Assembly: GCA_017459805.1 (NCBI GenBank)
Contig: JAFUCE010000049.1
Span: forward strand, 2,464-66,463
Direction of reading: 5' to 3'
Length of the DNA: 64,000 nt
Origin: Eggerthellaceae bacterium
Lineage (GTDB): Bacteria > Actinomycetota > Coriobacteriia > Coriobacteriales > Eggerthellaceae
Under the pieces are notes generated by a model. It did not search any database, was not told the origin of the DNA, and was given only the letters and a program-made list of their open reading frames with translations. Made by a program: the position numbers and the translations under genes. Shown here one piece after another: positions 40,692 through 49,541 of this stretch; positions within the stretch are counted from its first letter, which is position 1; every line of letters begins with the position of its first letter.

Positions 40692-40721
40692 CGGGGGTGC
40701 CAGGACTCCGTGGCACCCCCG
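40692..40721 (-). promoter_or_regulatory. strong intercistronic stem-loop inside the molybdoenzyme operon
   Basis: CGGGGGTGCCA-N8-TGGCACCCCCG is an 11-bp GC-rich stem between the 4Fe-4S subunit gene and the TorD-like gene. No U-tract follows it. Confidence 0.6.
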
Positions 40722-40781
40722 TGCTTAATACATCCTATCTGGGATTGGGAGGTGTACCAGATAGGCATATTATACAAGTAG

Positions 40782-41405
40782 CTACTTCAGGTAGTACATG
40801 TTCGGGCCAGTACCCTCTTCGGGCAGCATGACTTCGTATTCGCGTTCAGCCAAAAGCTTGGACACTTCGCTTTCGGGGTCGTCCAAGTCGCCAAACACAC
40901 GAGCACGAGCCGGGCAACCTTCAACACAAGCAGGAACGTCGCCGTCCTTCACGCGGAAGTAGCACATGATGCACTTCTCGACCGTGTTTTCCTTGTGGTC
41001 GGGTGCCTGCTGGTGGCCAACGGGCCAGTCCAGAGCCGGAATCGGGTCGCCTTCAATATAGGTGCGCACACCAGTGTAGGGGCAGGCCTCAATACAGCTG
41101 CGGCAGCCAATGCATTCGTCCACGTTCTGCATGACGATGCCTGTTTCTTCGTCCTTGTAGGTTGCGCCTGTCGGACAAATGGCAGTACAAGCAGGAGTGT
41201 CGCAATGCATGCAGTGGAAGGGGGTGTAGCTCATCGTGTTTGAGCCGTACTCGCCCGCAGGAGTGTTGGGGCTGTCGCCACCCACGGTAAGAACCGTGTT
41301 CCACCAGGCCTGGTCAGGAAGGTTGTTTTCAAGCTTGCAAGCTACAGAGCAGCTCCAGCAGCCAATGCAACGCTTGGTGTCGGTAACAATTGCATACTTA
41401 GTCAT
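40782..41405 (-). CDS. 4Fe-4S electron-transfer subunit of a DMSO-reductase-family enzyme (DmsB-like, four-cluster)
   Basis: CIGCWSCSVACK, CMHCDTPACTAICP, CIGCRSCIEACP, CIMC...CVEGCP. RBS GGAGGAG. Starts 3 nt after the catalytic-subunit stop. Confidence 0.9.
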   Translation of the reverse strand: MTKYAIVTDTKRCIGCWSCSVACKLENNLPDQAWWNTVLTVGGDSPNTPAGEYGSNTMSYTPFHCMHCDTPACTAICPTGATYKDEETGIVMQNVDECIGCRSCIEACPYTGVRTYIEGDPIPALDWPVGHQQAPDHKENTVEKCIMCYFRVKDGDVPACVEGCPARARVFGDLDDPESEVSKLLAEREYEVMLPEEGTGPNMYYLK

Positions 41406-41408
41406 GGC

Positions 41409-43997
41409 TTACTCCTCCCCTTCACTGACGGCAACTACCTCGAAGGGCTCCTGTCCGCCTTCACCGTTCCAAGGCTCAATCTTGATACGGTTGTCGAAGA
41501 AGGAGCAGTTAACGGCATACGGGTCAGCGTAGTCGGTCGTAATAGCACCCTGGCTACCGAACTTGGTTTCGTTCTCGGCATAGCCCTTGTTGTATACCGT
41601 CATGCCAGGACGCATACCAGTGTGGTAGACGCACTTCATCACGCACTGACCGACGGTGGAGGTAATCAAGATGTCCTGACCGTCTTCCACGCCAGCTGCC
41701 TTTGCGTCATCCGGGTGAACGAACAGGGTCGGTTCAGGCATAACGTCGCGCGCCCAGTCCTTCATGAAGTGGGTCATGTGTACACGGCTGGGGTTACGCC
41801 ATGAAATCATAACCAGCGGGAACTCGGCAGCATATTCGCTATGTTCGCCAGCAATCTTGTTCTCGAAATAGGTGGGCATCAATTCACGTTCGCGGATGGA
41901 TTCGGTATCCAAGCTGGAAGGAGTACGCGGTGCGGGAGTGTCGACGTAGAACATCAGCTTGCCCGTTTCGGTAATGAAGTTCTTGAAGTCTTTGTTACCA
42001 ATGTAGGGCTTTTCAGAAACGTAGCGCATTTCCTTGTTTTCGCGCAGGGTTTCAAGCGTGATGCCGTTTTCAACAGCAGCAGGCACGTCGTCAAAGGTGC
42101 CCTTCCACCAATCTTCGTCTGTTACGTCGCAAACAGCGTCTTCAACACCCAAGTACTTGGAAAGGAAGCGAGCGATTTCGGAGTCAATCTTTGCCTCATA
42201 CATGGGCTCGATGCACTTCTCGGAAATACGCACGTTCTTTTCGTGTGACAGCGGAACAACGTCTTCGTACTCGTAAATGTCGGCAGCTGGGAGGACGATG
42301 TCGGCATAACGAGCGGAGTCGGTCATGAACGGATCGACAACAACGTACTGTTCAAGCTTGTCCAGGAATTCCTTCTTGGTACGGTTGGAGTTCACCGAAC
42401 CACCGATAAGACCACCATGGGTCTGAATCATGGTCTTCAGCGGATACGGTTCACCATTCAGTTCGCCCGAAGACATGATGTTGCAAGCATCGAGCCAGGT
42501 GATGGTGCTAAATGCCTTACCGTTGGAGGGAGCGGTAAGGGCATGACCGAAGAAGTTACCATACATGGAGTCGAAACCACCAACGCTGCGGCCGGGCTCG
42601 CCAAAGTTACCCGTCATAGCAATGAGGGCGGTCAAGCCATAGGCGGCATGCAGGCCGTTTTCGTAAGCACCAGTACCAAAGTTGATGTAGTGAGCAACTT
42701 TGTTCTTGGGCTGCAGCAGGTCATAGAGGTAGTTGAAGTCGTCTTCAGAAATACCCGTGACTTCCATAACCTTGTCGAGCGTCCATTCCTGAACATGTTC
42801 TTTGAACTTGTCCCAGGCGGTCGTGTAGGCTTCGTCGGGGCAGGTCCAAGCAGGATCTTCGCATTCGTCGAAGCAGACGGGCTTGCCTTCTTTTTCGCTC
42901 CATACCATGATGGGATCGATTTCGGTTGGCAGACCAGTTACCCAGAACGGAGGACCTTCATGCAGGGGCTCGTCCTGGTATTCGCTGCCGCGCAGATACA
43001 TGCCATCTTCGTTCTTAATGAGGAACGGAGCGCAGGTGTTGTTCAGCACGAAGTCGGCCGCGAAAGTTTCGTCGTCCATGAACTTCTTGATAAGACCCAG
43101 ATACAGTGCCGTGTCGCAACCGGGCTTGACGGTAATCCACTTGTCAGCCTTGGCAACCGTGGGGCTAAACACGGGGTCGACGCAAACGAGCTTCGCGCCA
43201 GCAGCCTGTGCATTAGCAATGTGCTGCCACATCTGAATCTGTGCGCCAACGGGGTTGGCACCCATCAGCAGAATATAGTCGGAGTTGACAAAGTCCTGCG
43301 GTTCGGACTGGTCGAACCACTGGATGCCACCACGGGTAAGACCGGTGTTGGTAGCAGCGTCGAAAGAATAATGCCAGTAGGTGCAGCCGGTTGCATTGTA
43401 GAGGCGCATGGTAAGACCAGCATTGCCGTTCAATGAACCCTGCGAGCCGCAGCCCTGGTAGTAGGTGTTAGCCAAGGGGCCAAACTCTTCTTCAACTTGC
43501 TTCCACTTGGTGCCAATCAATTCGCCGGCTTCTTCCCACGTAATACGCTCCCATTCGTCCTTACCACGGTTTTCGGGGTGCGGATCTTCCAGGCTATACG
43601 TGGCACGCTTCATCGGGTACTGCACGCGAGCGTCTGAATACGTACGCTGAATACGTGCACGACCCTTCAGGCATGTACGATAGTCATAGTCTGGCTTGGG
43701 GAGCATGTGGCATACGTTACCATCGCGCGTAAAAATGCGGTACTGGCAGAAAGAGCAGCTCCAGCTGCAGGTGCAGTAGAATTCCTGCTCTTCGACTTCG
43801 GGCTTCATGGCGACTTCGCTGCTTGCTTCAAGGTTAGCCATCGAGCTGCTTGCTTCTTCCGCTGCAGAAGCGCTTGCTTCAGCTTCAGCACTGCTGCTTG
43901 CTGCTTGCGGGGAAGAACAAGCTGCCAAGGTGGCCAACGACGTGCTTGCCAAGCCGGCAGCAGCCATGAATCCACGACGGGTCAGTTTTTGTCCCAT
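41409..43997 (-). CDS. molybdopterin (bis-MGD) oxidoreductase catalytic subunit, Tat-exported and probably lipid-anchored
   Basis: The twin-arginine signal MGQKLTRRGFMAAAGLASTSLATLAAC ends in a lipobox-like LAAC. An S/A/E-rich linker follows, then an N-terminal Cys cluster CTCSWSCSFC...C. 862 aa with DMSO-reductase-family architecture. RBS GAGGAGGAAG. Confidence 0.9.
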   Translation of the reverse strand: MGQKLTRRGFMAAAGLASTSLATLAACSSPQAASSSAEAEASASAAEEASSSMANLEASSEVAMKPEVEEQEFYCTCSWSCSFCQYRIFTRDGNVCHMLPKPDYDYRTCLKGRARIQRTYSDARVQYPMKRATYSLEDPHPENRGKDEWERITWEEAGELIGTKWKQVEEEFGPLANTYYQGCGSQGSLNGNAGLTMRLYNATGCTYWHYSFDAATNTGLTRGGIQWFDQSEPQDFVNSDYILLMGANPVGAQIQMWQHIANAQAAGAKLVCVDPVFSPTVAKADKWITVKPGCDTALYLGLIKKFMDDETFAADFVLNNTCAPFLIKNEDGMYLRGSEYQDEPLHEGPPFWVTGLPTEIDPIMVWSEKEGKPVCFDECEDPAWTCPDEAYTTAWDKFKEHVQEWTLDKVMEVTGISEDDFNYLYDLLQPKNKVAHYINFGTGAYENGLHAAYGLTALIAMTGNFGEPGRSVGGFDSMYGNFFGHALTAPSNGKAFSTITWLDACNIMSSGELNGEPYPLKTMIQTHGGLIGGSVNSNRTKKEFLDKLEQYVVVDPFMTDSARYADIVLPAADIYEYEDVVPLSHEKNVRISEKCIEPMYEAKIDSEIARFLSKYLGVEDAVCDVTDEDWWKGTFDDVPAAVENGITLETLRENKEMRYVSEKPYIGNKDFKNFITETGKLMFYVDTPAPRTPSSLDTESIRERELMPTYFENKIAGEHSEYAAEFPLVMISWRNPSRVHMTHFMKDWARDVMPEPTLFVHPDDAKAAGVEDGQDILITSTVGQCVMKCVYHTGMRPGMTVYNKGYAENETKFGSQGAITTDYADPYAVNCSFFDNRIKIEPWNGEGGQEPFEVVAVSEGEE

Positions 43998-44152
43998 ACT
44001 TCCTCCTCTTTCTTAATTGCCCGTGGCAGAAACGCTCCATCATCCAGGTGGCGCCCACGGGCAACTCGTCAAAGCGGATTATACGCGCGTAAGAAAGGCG
44101 CTGCTTGCCAGGGCTTGAAAAACAGCTATTTTTGTTTCATTTTTGATATATT

Positions 44153-44791
44153 TTAGAGGCGGAGGGACAAATGCTTGGCAATAGCTTTACCCTTTGCCGT
44201 CAAAGACACCATACGCACCCGGGCATCGCCCTTGCCGGTAGCCAACTGCACACTCCCCTTGCGCTCAAGAGCTGCCACCGCTTGTGAAACTCTGTTTTGC
44301 GCAAGATTGCTTGCCTCAATGAGCTCCGAAAGCTTCAGGGGCTTTTTGGCCGCAAGCAACAGCACATAAATGCGCACAGCTGAATCCGAAAACTTGCGTT
44401 CGCCCGCGTAATGTTCTGCGCTGCGACACGCTGCCTGCAGAGCAATGTAGTCCTGCACTAAATCATCGACGGCTTTCCGTCCAAACCGTCGCCGTATTTC
44501 AAAGAGCACGTTTTCACCGTGGTTGGACAAGCGATAATGCGAAACGCGATAGTCGCTGCGCTGCACCGCTTCCTGGGCAAGGCCGGCCGCAGACAGACGC
44601 GCGAGAATACGCGATATCCGCGGGCGTCCCAGATGAAGTGCTTCAGATAGTCCACTTGCCGTATTGGCCCTGCCTTGCTTGTCTTGCCCAAGGTAGGCAA
44701 GAAGCATGATGTCGTCGACGTGTAAAGATCCGCCCCGCACAAAAGCATGCACGGCATCGATGCTCGTAAAAAAATGACTTAAATCTTTCAT
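44153..44791 (-). CDS. transcriptional regulator with two tandem MarR-like winged-helix domains
   Basis: First wHTH ...SGLSEALHLGRPRISRILARLSAAGL... Second ...LSELIEASNLAQNRVSQAVAALERKGSVQLATGKGDARVRMVSLTAKG. The start overlaps the upstream stop (ATGA). Confidence 0.6.
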   Translation of the reverse strand: MKDLSHFFTSIDAVHAFVRGGSLHVDDIMLLAYLGQDKQGRANTASGLSEALHLGRPRISRILARLSAAGLAQEAVQRSDYRVSHYRLSNHGENVLFEIRRRFGRKAVDDLVQDYIALQAACRSAEHYAGERKFSDSAVRIYVLLLAAKKPLKLSELIEASNLAQNRVSQAVAALERKGSVQLATGKGDARVRMVSLTAKGKAIAKHLSLRL

Positions 44792-45462
44792 GACGTAGAC
44801 TGCACGTCCTTACGTTGACGCACCAAGCGGGCAATCGCGTAGACCACAAATACCACCGTGTAGACCACAAGGTTAAAACGCGCAGAACCGTTTCCTGCAA
44901 GCGCGCCCGAAGCCAGCAAAAGCACAATGTGGAAGTAGACGAGCCCGTAAAAAAGATACGACCATTTTTGAAGATTTTTCCAAGCGTGGGAGTCCATGCG
45001 CTTTTTCACAAAGCTAAATGATGTCACGCCCAGCACAAGGACAAGGGCAAACAGCACCAGCGATATGACGATAGATGCTGCAAGCGTAGGCCGCGTGCCC
45101 GGGTGAAGAATACGCGGCAGGAAGATGCCAATATGGACCGCGATATGCATGGCAACTAAAAGACAAGCGGCAATGGAAAGTTCTGCACGAACGCTTTGGA
45201 ACCGGGCGCGAATGGCAGAGTCGTGTGGCAAAACGCCAATAAACATGACTATGGTAAACAAAGCCATCGCAAGCGTACCGCGGCGCATAAGCAAAACTCC
45301 CATACGCGCCGCCGGCCCAGGAATTACCGAAAAGGCGCCCACGGCAAAAAGGATATCGACGGCAATAACGATGGCGTATAAAACCCAGGGGTATTTATGA
45401 ATAGCAGGTGCGGCCACCCAACTCAGCAATACACAAACGAGAAGTGTTACCAGAAACTCCAT
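44788..45462 (-). CDS. six-TM membrane protein, ferric-reductase-like/YedZ(MsrQ)-like (tentative)
   Basis: 224 aa with six hydrophobic helices. Intramembrane His residues (LLVAMHIAVHIG, GLVYFHIVLL) are placed as in di-heme b ferric-reductase-type domains. Confidence 0.5.
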   Translation of the reverse strand: MEFLVTLLVCVLLSWVAAPAIHKYPWVLYAIVIAVDILFAVGAFSVIPGPAARMGVLLMRRGTLAMALFTIVMFIGVLPHDSAIRARFQSVRAELSIAACLLVAMHIAVHIGIFLPRILHPGTRPTLAASIVISLVLFALVLVLGVTSFSFVKKRMDSHAWKNLQKWSYLFYGLVYFHIVLLLASGALAGNGSARFNLVVYTVVFVVYAIARLVRQRKDVQSTS

Positions 45463-45606
45463 GCCTGTATTGTAAACATCTACGCAGAGAAGCTTGGCGT
45501 AGCCAATTAAAATACTTTCATTTTTGATATTTCCTGTCCACGAAATACGTGCGCGCTCAGGCGTGATGGGCCAGCAAACTTCCCGCGCGCGAAATGACAG
45601 GCTGGC

Positions 45607-47919
45607 TTATTTCCAGAAGCGCAGCCGCAGGGCGTTTGACACAACGAACAAAGACGACAGGCTCATGGCAGCAGCTGCAATCATGGGGTTAAGTGTAATG
45701 CCGAACGGCGTTAGCACACCAGCTGCGACGGGAATACAAATGACGTTATAGAACAGCGCCCAGAACAGCTTCTGCTTGATGTTGCGCATGGTGGCCCGGG
45801 ACAAATCAATCGCCGCAGGGACACCTTGCAAGTCGTCGCTTACCAGCACCATGTCGGCAGCTTCAATCGCAACGTCGGTTCCACCACCAACCGCAATACC
45901 AACATCGGCGCGGGCAAGAGCGGGCGCATCGTTGATGCCGTCACCCACCATGGCCGTGGCGCCCACTTCACATAGACGCCGCAGCTGCTCTTCTTTGTCC
46001 TGCGGCAACACGTTCGCAATGACGTGGTCCACGCCCACCTGCGCGGCAATGGCAGATGCCGTTTGTTCGTTGTCGCCCGTAAGCATTGTGCTTTCAATAC
46101 CCATGGCCTTAAGCTGCGCAATAGCGTTTGCGCTGCTTTCCTTGGGCGTGTCTGCCAGCGCGATAAGACCCAGCGCCGTGTTTTCTTCTGCGAAGAACAG
46201 CGGCGTTGCACCCGCGGCGGCACATTTATCCGCATCGGCCTGGAGCGCCTGGATGTCCACTCCGCGCTCGCGCATGAGTACGGCATTACCCGCCAAATAG
46301 TGCATGCCTTCAATTTCAATATCAAGGCCCCCACCAGGGATTTGCGTAAAGCTTTCGGGAAGAATGCTGGCCGCAGCTTCCGCCTGTTCTGGTGCATGCG
46401 CGCGCCCATAGTCAACGATAGCACGCGCCAGGGGATGTTCGGAGCGCGCTTCCACCGCCAGGGCTACCAGTAAAAGCTGCTCGTTATCGATACCCGGTGC
46501 GGGAAGCACAGCACTGACCTCGGGGCTGCCCTGCGTAATGGTTCCCGTCTTGTCGAAAACCACGTGCTGCGTTGCGTGCGCCGTTTCAAGCGCTTCGGCC
46601 GACTTAATCAGAATGCCCTTGCGTGCACCTGCCCCCATGCCCACCATAATGGCGGTTGGCGTTGCCAGACCAAGGGCGCAGGGACAGCTGATAACGAGCA
46701 CGGTAATCGCATGATTGATGGCCGCCTCGAAGCCACCGCCCAGGGCAAGCCACGCTATAAAGGTAAGGAGCGCAATGCCTATAACCACTGGCACAAAAAT
46801 GCCTGCAATCTTGTCGGCCACGCGTTCAATGGGCGCTTTGGTACTGGTGGCATCGTCAACCAGGCGGATAATCTGGGCAAGGGCCGTGTCGTTACCCACC
46901 CGACTTGCTTCCATCCGCAGCCAGCCCGACGTATTGACCGTGGCGCCCGTAAGCGCATCGCCCGCTTGCTTTTCAACAGGGATGCTCTCACCCGTCAGCG
47001 CGCTTTCGTCCACGCTGGCCACGCCATCCAGCACAAAGCCATCGCAGGGAACAGCCGCGCCTGCGCGCACGATGCACACATCGCCCACGCGCACTTCCGC
47101 GGTTGGCACTTCCACTTCTTCCCCATTGCGTTCAACAATCGCTGTCTGGGGCGAAAGGTCAACCAGGGCTTCTATGGCACCGGTGGTCTTGCCCTTGGCA
47201 CGCGCCTCGAAATACTTTCCCACCGTTATGAGCGCCAAAATCATGCCAGCCGAATCGAAGTACAAGTTCATAACGGCTTGATGCGCCGCTTCCATGTTGC
47301 CAGCATGAAGCGCGGCCTGCATACTAAACACGCCCCATGCGCTATAGAGTATGGACGCCGTCGCGCCCAGGGCAACAAGCGCGTCCATATTGGGCGCACC
47401 ATGAATGAGGCTCTTGAACCCGCGTGTAAAGTAGCTGCGGTTTACCACCACAATGGGAATAAGCAGGACCAGCTGCGCCACCACGAAAGCCTGCATATGC
47501 GCGTGTTCATGCAAGTTGAAGGGCGTTGGCCAGCCAAACATATGGCCCATGCAAAGATAAAAAAGTGGCACGCCAAACACGAGCGAAATAATAAGGCGGT
47601 TGCGCATCTTGCGCGCTTCTTCTTCACGCCGCGCGCTTTGCGTATGGGCCGCCGCTACAAAGTCGGCGCCAAGCTCACTTGCTCCGTCGGCGCTGGCACC
47701 CGCGCGCAGCTGGGCACCGTAACCCGCCTTGTTAACCGCTTCGCTGATGGCTTCGGCAACCTGCGCAGCTTCAACACCTTCGGCCAACTCAACTTCCATG
47801 CTGTTTTTCAGCAGGTTCACATTGGCGCTTGCCACACCATCAACCGCGCTGCTCACCTGCTGCACACGTGCCGAACAAGCAGCACAGGTCATTCCACTTA
47901 TGTCAAAAGTTTGCTTCAT
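45607..47919 (-). CDS. copA: copper-translocating P1B-type ATPase
   Basis: N-terminal HMA domain GMTCAACSARV, transmembrane CPC motif (SCPCALGLATP), DKTGTIT phosphorylation site, and GDGINDAPAL. Confidence 0.93.
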   Translation of the reverse strand: MKQTFDISGMTCAACSARVQQVSSAVDGVASANVNLLKNSMEVELAEGVEAAQVAEAISEAVNKAGYGAQLRAGASADGASELGADFVAAAHTQSARREEEARKMRNRLIISLVFGVPLFYLCMGHMFGWPTPFNLHEHAHMQAFVVAQLVLLIPIVVVNRSYFTRGFKSLIHGAPNMDALVALGATASILYSAWGVFSMQAALHAGNMEAAHQAVMNLYFDSAGMILALITVGKYFEARAKGKTTGAIEALVDLSPQTAIVERNGEEVEVPTAEVRVGDVCIVRAGAAVPCDGFVLDGVASVDESALTGESIPVEKQAGDALTGATVNTSGWLRMEASRVGNDTALAQIIRLVDDATSTKAPIERVADKIAGIFVPVVIGIALLTFIAWLALGGGFEAAINHAITVLVISCPCALGLATPTAIMVGMGAGARKGILIKSAEALETAHATQHVVFDKTGTITQGSPEVSAVLPAPGIDNEQLLLVALAVEARSEHPLARAIVDYGRAHAPEQAEAAASILPESFTQIPGGGLDIEIEGMHYLAGNAVLMRERGVDIQALQADADKCAAAGATPLFFAEENTALGLIALADTPKESSANAIAQLKAMGIESTMLTGDNEQTASAIAAQVGVDHVIANVLPQDKEEQLRRLCEVGATAMVGDGINDAPALARADVGIAVGGGTDVAIEAADMVLVSDDLQGVPAAIDLSRATMRNIKQKLFWALFYNVICIPVAAGVLTPFGITLNPMIAAAAMSLSSLFVVSNALRLRFWK

Positions 47920-47946
47920 ATATCTTTAGGCATTATAAGTCTTCGA

Positions 47947-47980
47947 AACAAAAGGGGCTCAAACTACCTGTTCGAGCCCG
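47947..47980 (-). terminator. rho-independent terminator after the Ltp-repeat gene
   Basis: On the minus strand GGGCTCGAAC-AGGTA-GTTTGAGCCC (10 bp including one G-U pair) is followed by CTTTTGTTT. Confidence 0.65.
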
Positions 47981-48020
47981 CCTGTATGCTGGGTTTGCCG
48001 TTCAGGCTGAAAAAGACTTA

Positions 48021-49469
48021 CTAGAGCCCCGCCTTTTCGACTGCTTTTTCAGCCTGCTCTTTCGTGAAACCTTCCTCGAGGAGCATCTCGATCAAGCGAT
48101 CGCGGGAAAGGGGCATGTACTCCAGCCAATCTGCCGCAGCTGCATCGGCCATTTCGTCCCAGTTGGCTCCGCACTTTTCAACAGCGTATGCTGCCTGTTC
48201 TTTCGTGAAGCCTTCCCACTCAAGCTGTTCCTGTAAACCAGTAGGCCCGAAAGGCATGCTCTCAAGATACGACTTGGCCATACTAAGCGCTTGCTCGTTC
48301 CAGTCTGCGCCGCAATTATCGGCCGCATAGACCGCATCTTCGTGGCTAAACTTTTCATACTCGAGTTGGCGAATCACTCCTTCGTAAGAAAAGCCGTTAT
48401 ATGCAAGGTACTCTTTTGCTCTGTTCAGGGCATTTTCGCGGCTCGTTTCAGTTGAAGCCGCACCGCCTGCTGCATCCTTCGCTTCGCCGTCCTTGCTATC
48501 CTGGGTGGCTGCATTATCCTGGGTGGCTGCATTATCCTGGGTGGCCGCATCCTTGGCGTTGTTGTCAGCGCCGGCAGAAGCACCAGTGCCGCTGCCCGTT
48601 GTGGCGCCTGTTTCCCTCTCCATTTCTTCCTTGAGTTCATCGAGCTGTTCCTGGAGCCTGCCCGTTTCATCTTCGGCGGCCAGTTCTTCTAGGGCACCGA
48701 TGAATTCGTCAGGGTTTTCTGCCACGGTGTTAACCGCCATAAGCGAAGTGACTACTAAAACGATGCCAACAAGAATCGCAAGAATAGACAGGACGAGGCC
48801 AATAATACTGGTAATCTTGCCCGCTTTAGCACGACCGTTTTCAGGGTCGGCCGCAAGTACGGGACGCGATTTCACGATACCAACAATAGAGAGAATCAAA
48901 CCCACCAGGCCTGCAAAGATGATGGAGCAAATACCCAAAACCAAAGGAGTGGTACCTGGGTTAGACCCGTTTGCATATTGCGCCGTACCAGGGGCAACGC
49001 CATAGGGCTGGTTAGGGTCGTAGGGTTGCTGCGCATACTGCTGGTTGGGGTCGTAAGGTTGCTGCGCATATTGCTGGTTGGGGTCGTAAGACTGCTGCGC
49101 ATATTGCTGGTTTGGGTCGTAAGACTGCTGCGCGTAAGTTTGATTAGTGTCGTAAAATGTTTGCTGAACTGGTTGCGCATAAGCCTGCTGGTTCGGATCA
49201 GGCGTTGGTTGCGCATAGTCCTGCGTGCCTGCATCGTACGGTGCCTCCTGCGGCATTTGTACTGTCGCGTCCATGGAAGCAGGTGTTTCGCTTACTGCCG
49301 GTTTTGCAGGCGCTGAAAATGGCTGCACCTGTTCGTTGGCGTCACTGAAGGGCTGCGAAGCGTCGGCCTGGGCATTTCCCGAAAGCGCCGACTGCAAGTT
49401 GCCCAAAACACTACCTGCAGAAGTTTCCTCAGATTCGGGGTTTTCTGGTGTTAACTTATCTTCTGGCAT
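48021..49469 (-). CDS. membrane protein with Q/Y/P-rich cytoplasmic repeats and three extracellular Ltp-family repeats
   Basis: N-terminal (QQYAQQ[SP]YDPN)x4, two TM helices, QDNAAT x3, then three Ltp-like modules (ALNRAKEYLAYNGFSYEGVIRQLEYEKFSHEDAVYAADNCGADW; ...EGFTKEQAAYAVEKCGANW; ...EGFTKEQAEKAVEKAG). Confidence 0.75.
   Translation of the reverse strand: MPEDKLTPENPESEETSAGSVLGNLQSALSGNAQADASQPFSDANEQVQPFSAPAKPAVSETPASMDATVQMPQEAPYDAGTQDYAQPTPDPNQQAYAQPVQQTFYDTNQTYAQQSYDPNQQYAQQSYDPNQQYAQQPYDPNQQYAQQPYDPNQPYGVAPGTAQYANGSNPGTTPLVLGICSIIFAGLVGLILSIVGIVKSRPVLAADPENGRAKAGKITSIIGLVLSILAILVGIVLVVTSLMAVNTVAENPDEFIGALEELAAEDETGRLQEQLDELKEEMERETGATTGSGTGASAGADNNAKDAATQDNAATQDNAATQDSKDGEAKDAAGGAASTETSRENALNRAKEYLAYNGFSYEGVIRQLEYEKFSHEDAVYAADNCGADWNEQALSMAKSYLESMPFGPTGLQEQLEWEGFTKEQAAYAVEKCGANWDEMADAAAADWLEYMPLSRDRLIEMLLEEGFTKEQAEKAVEKAGL
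49007..49138 (-). repeat. 33-nt in-frame tandem repeat x4 (encodes QQYAQQ[S/P]YDPN)
   Basis: gctggtt(a/g)gggtcgta(g/a)g(g/a)(t/c)tgctgcgcata(c/t)t units at 49007, 49040, 49073 and 49106. Confidence 0.9.
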
Positions 49470-49541
49470 CTTGTTTCCTTTTCTCCTTTGCCATTACATC
49501 TCTGTTGCAACTATTAAAACATCATACAGCTTCTCGCGCTG

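Noticed and set aside
42417-43436. 339-aa plus-strand ORF
   Set aside because: It is antisense to the molybdopterin oxidoreductase gene, whose frame carries the Tat signal and family architecture.
46564-48024. 486-aa plus-strand ORF
   Set aside because: It is antisense to the copA P-type ATPase, has no recognisable motifs and is rich in R/H/G, so I treat it as a shadow frame. The same reasoning applies to 45776-46300, 45840-46424 and 46715-47281.
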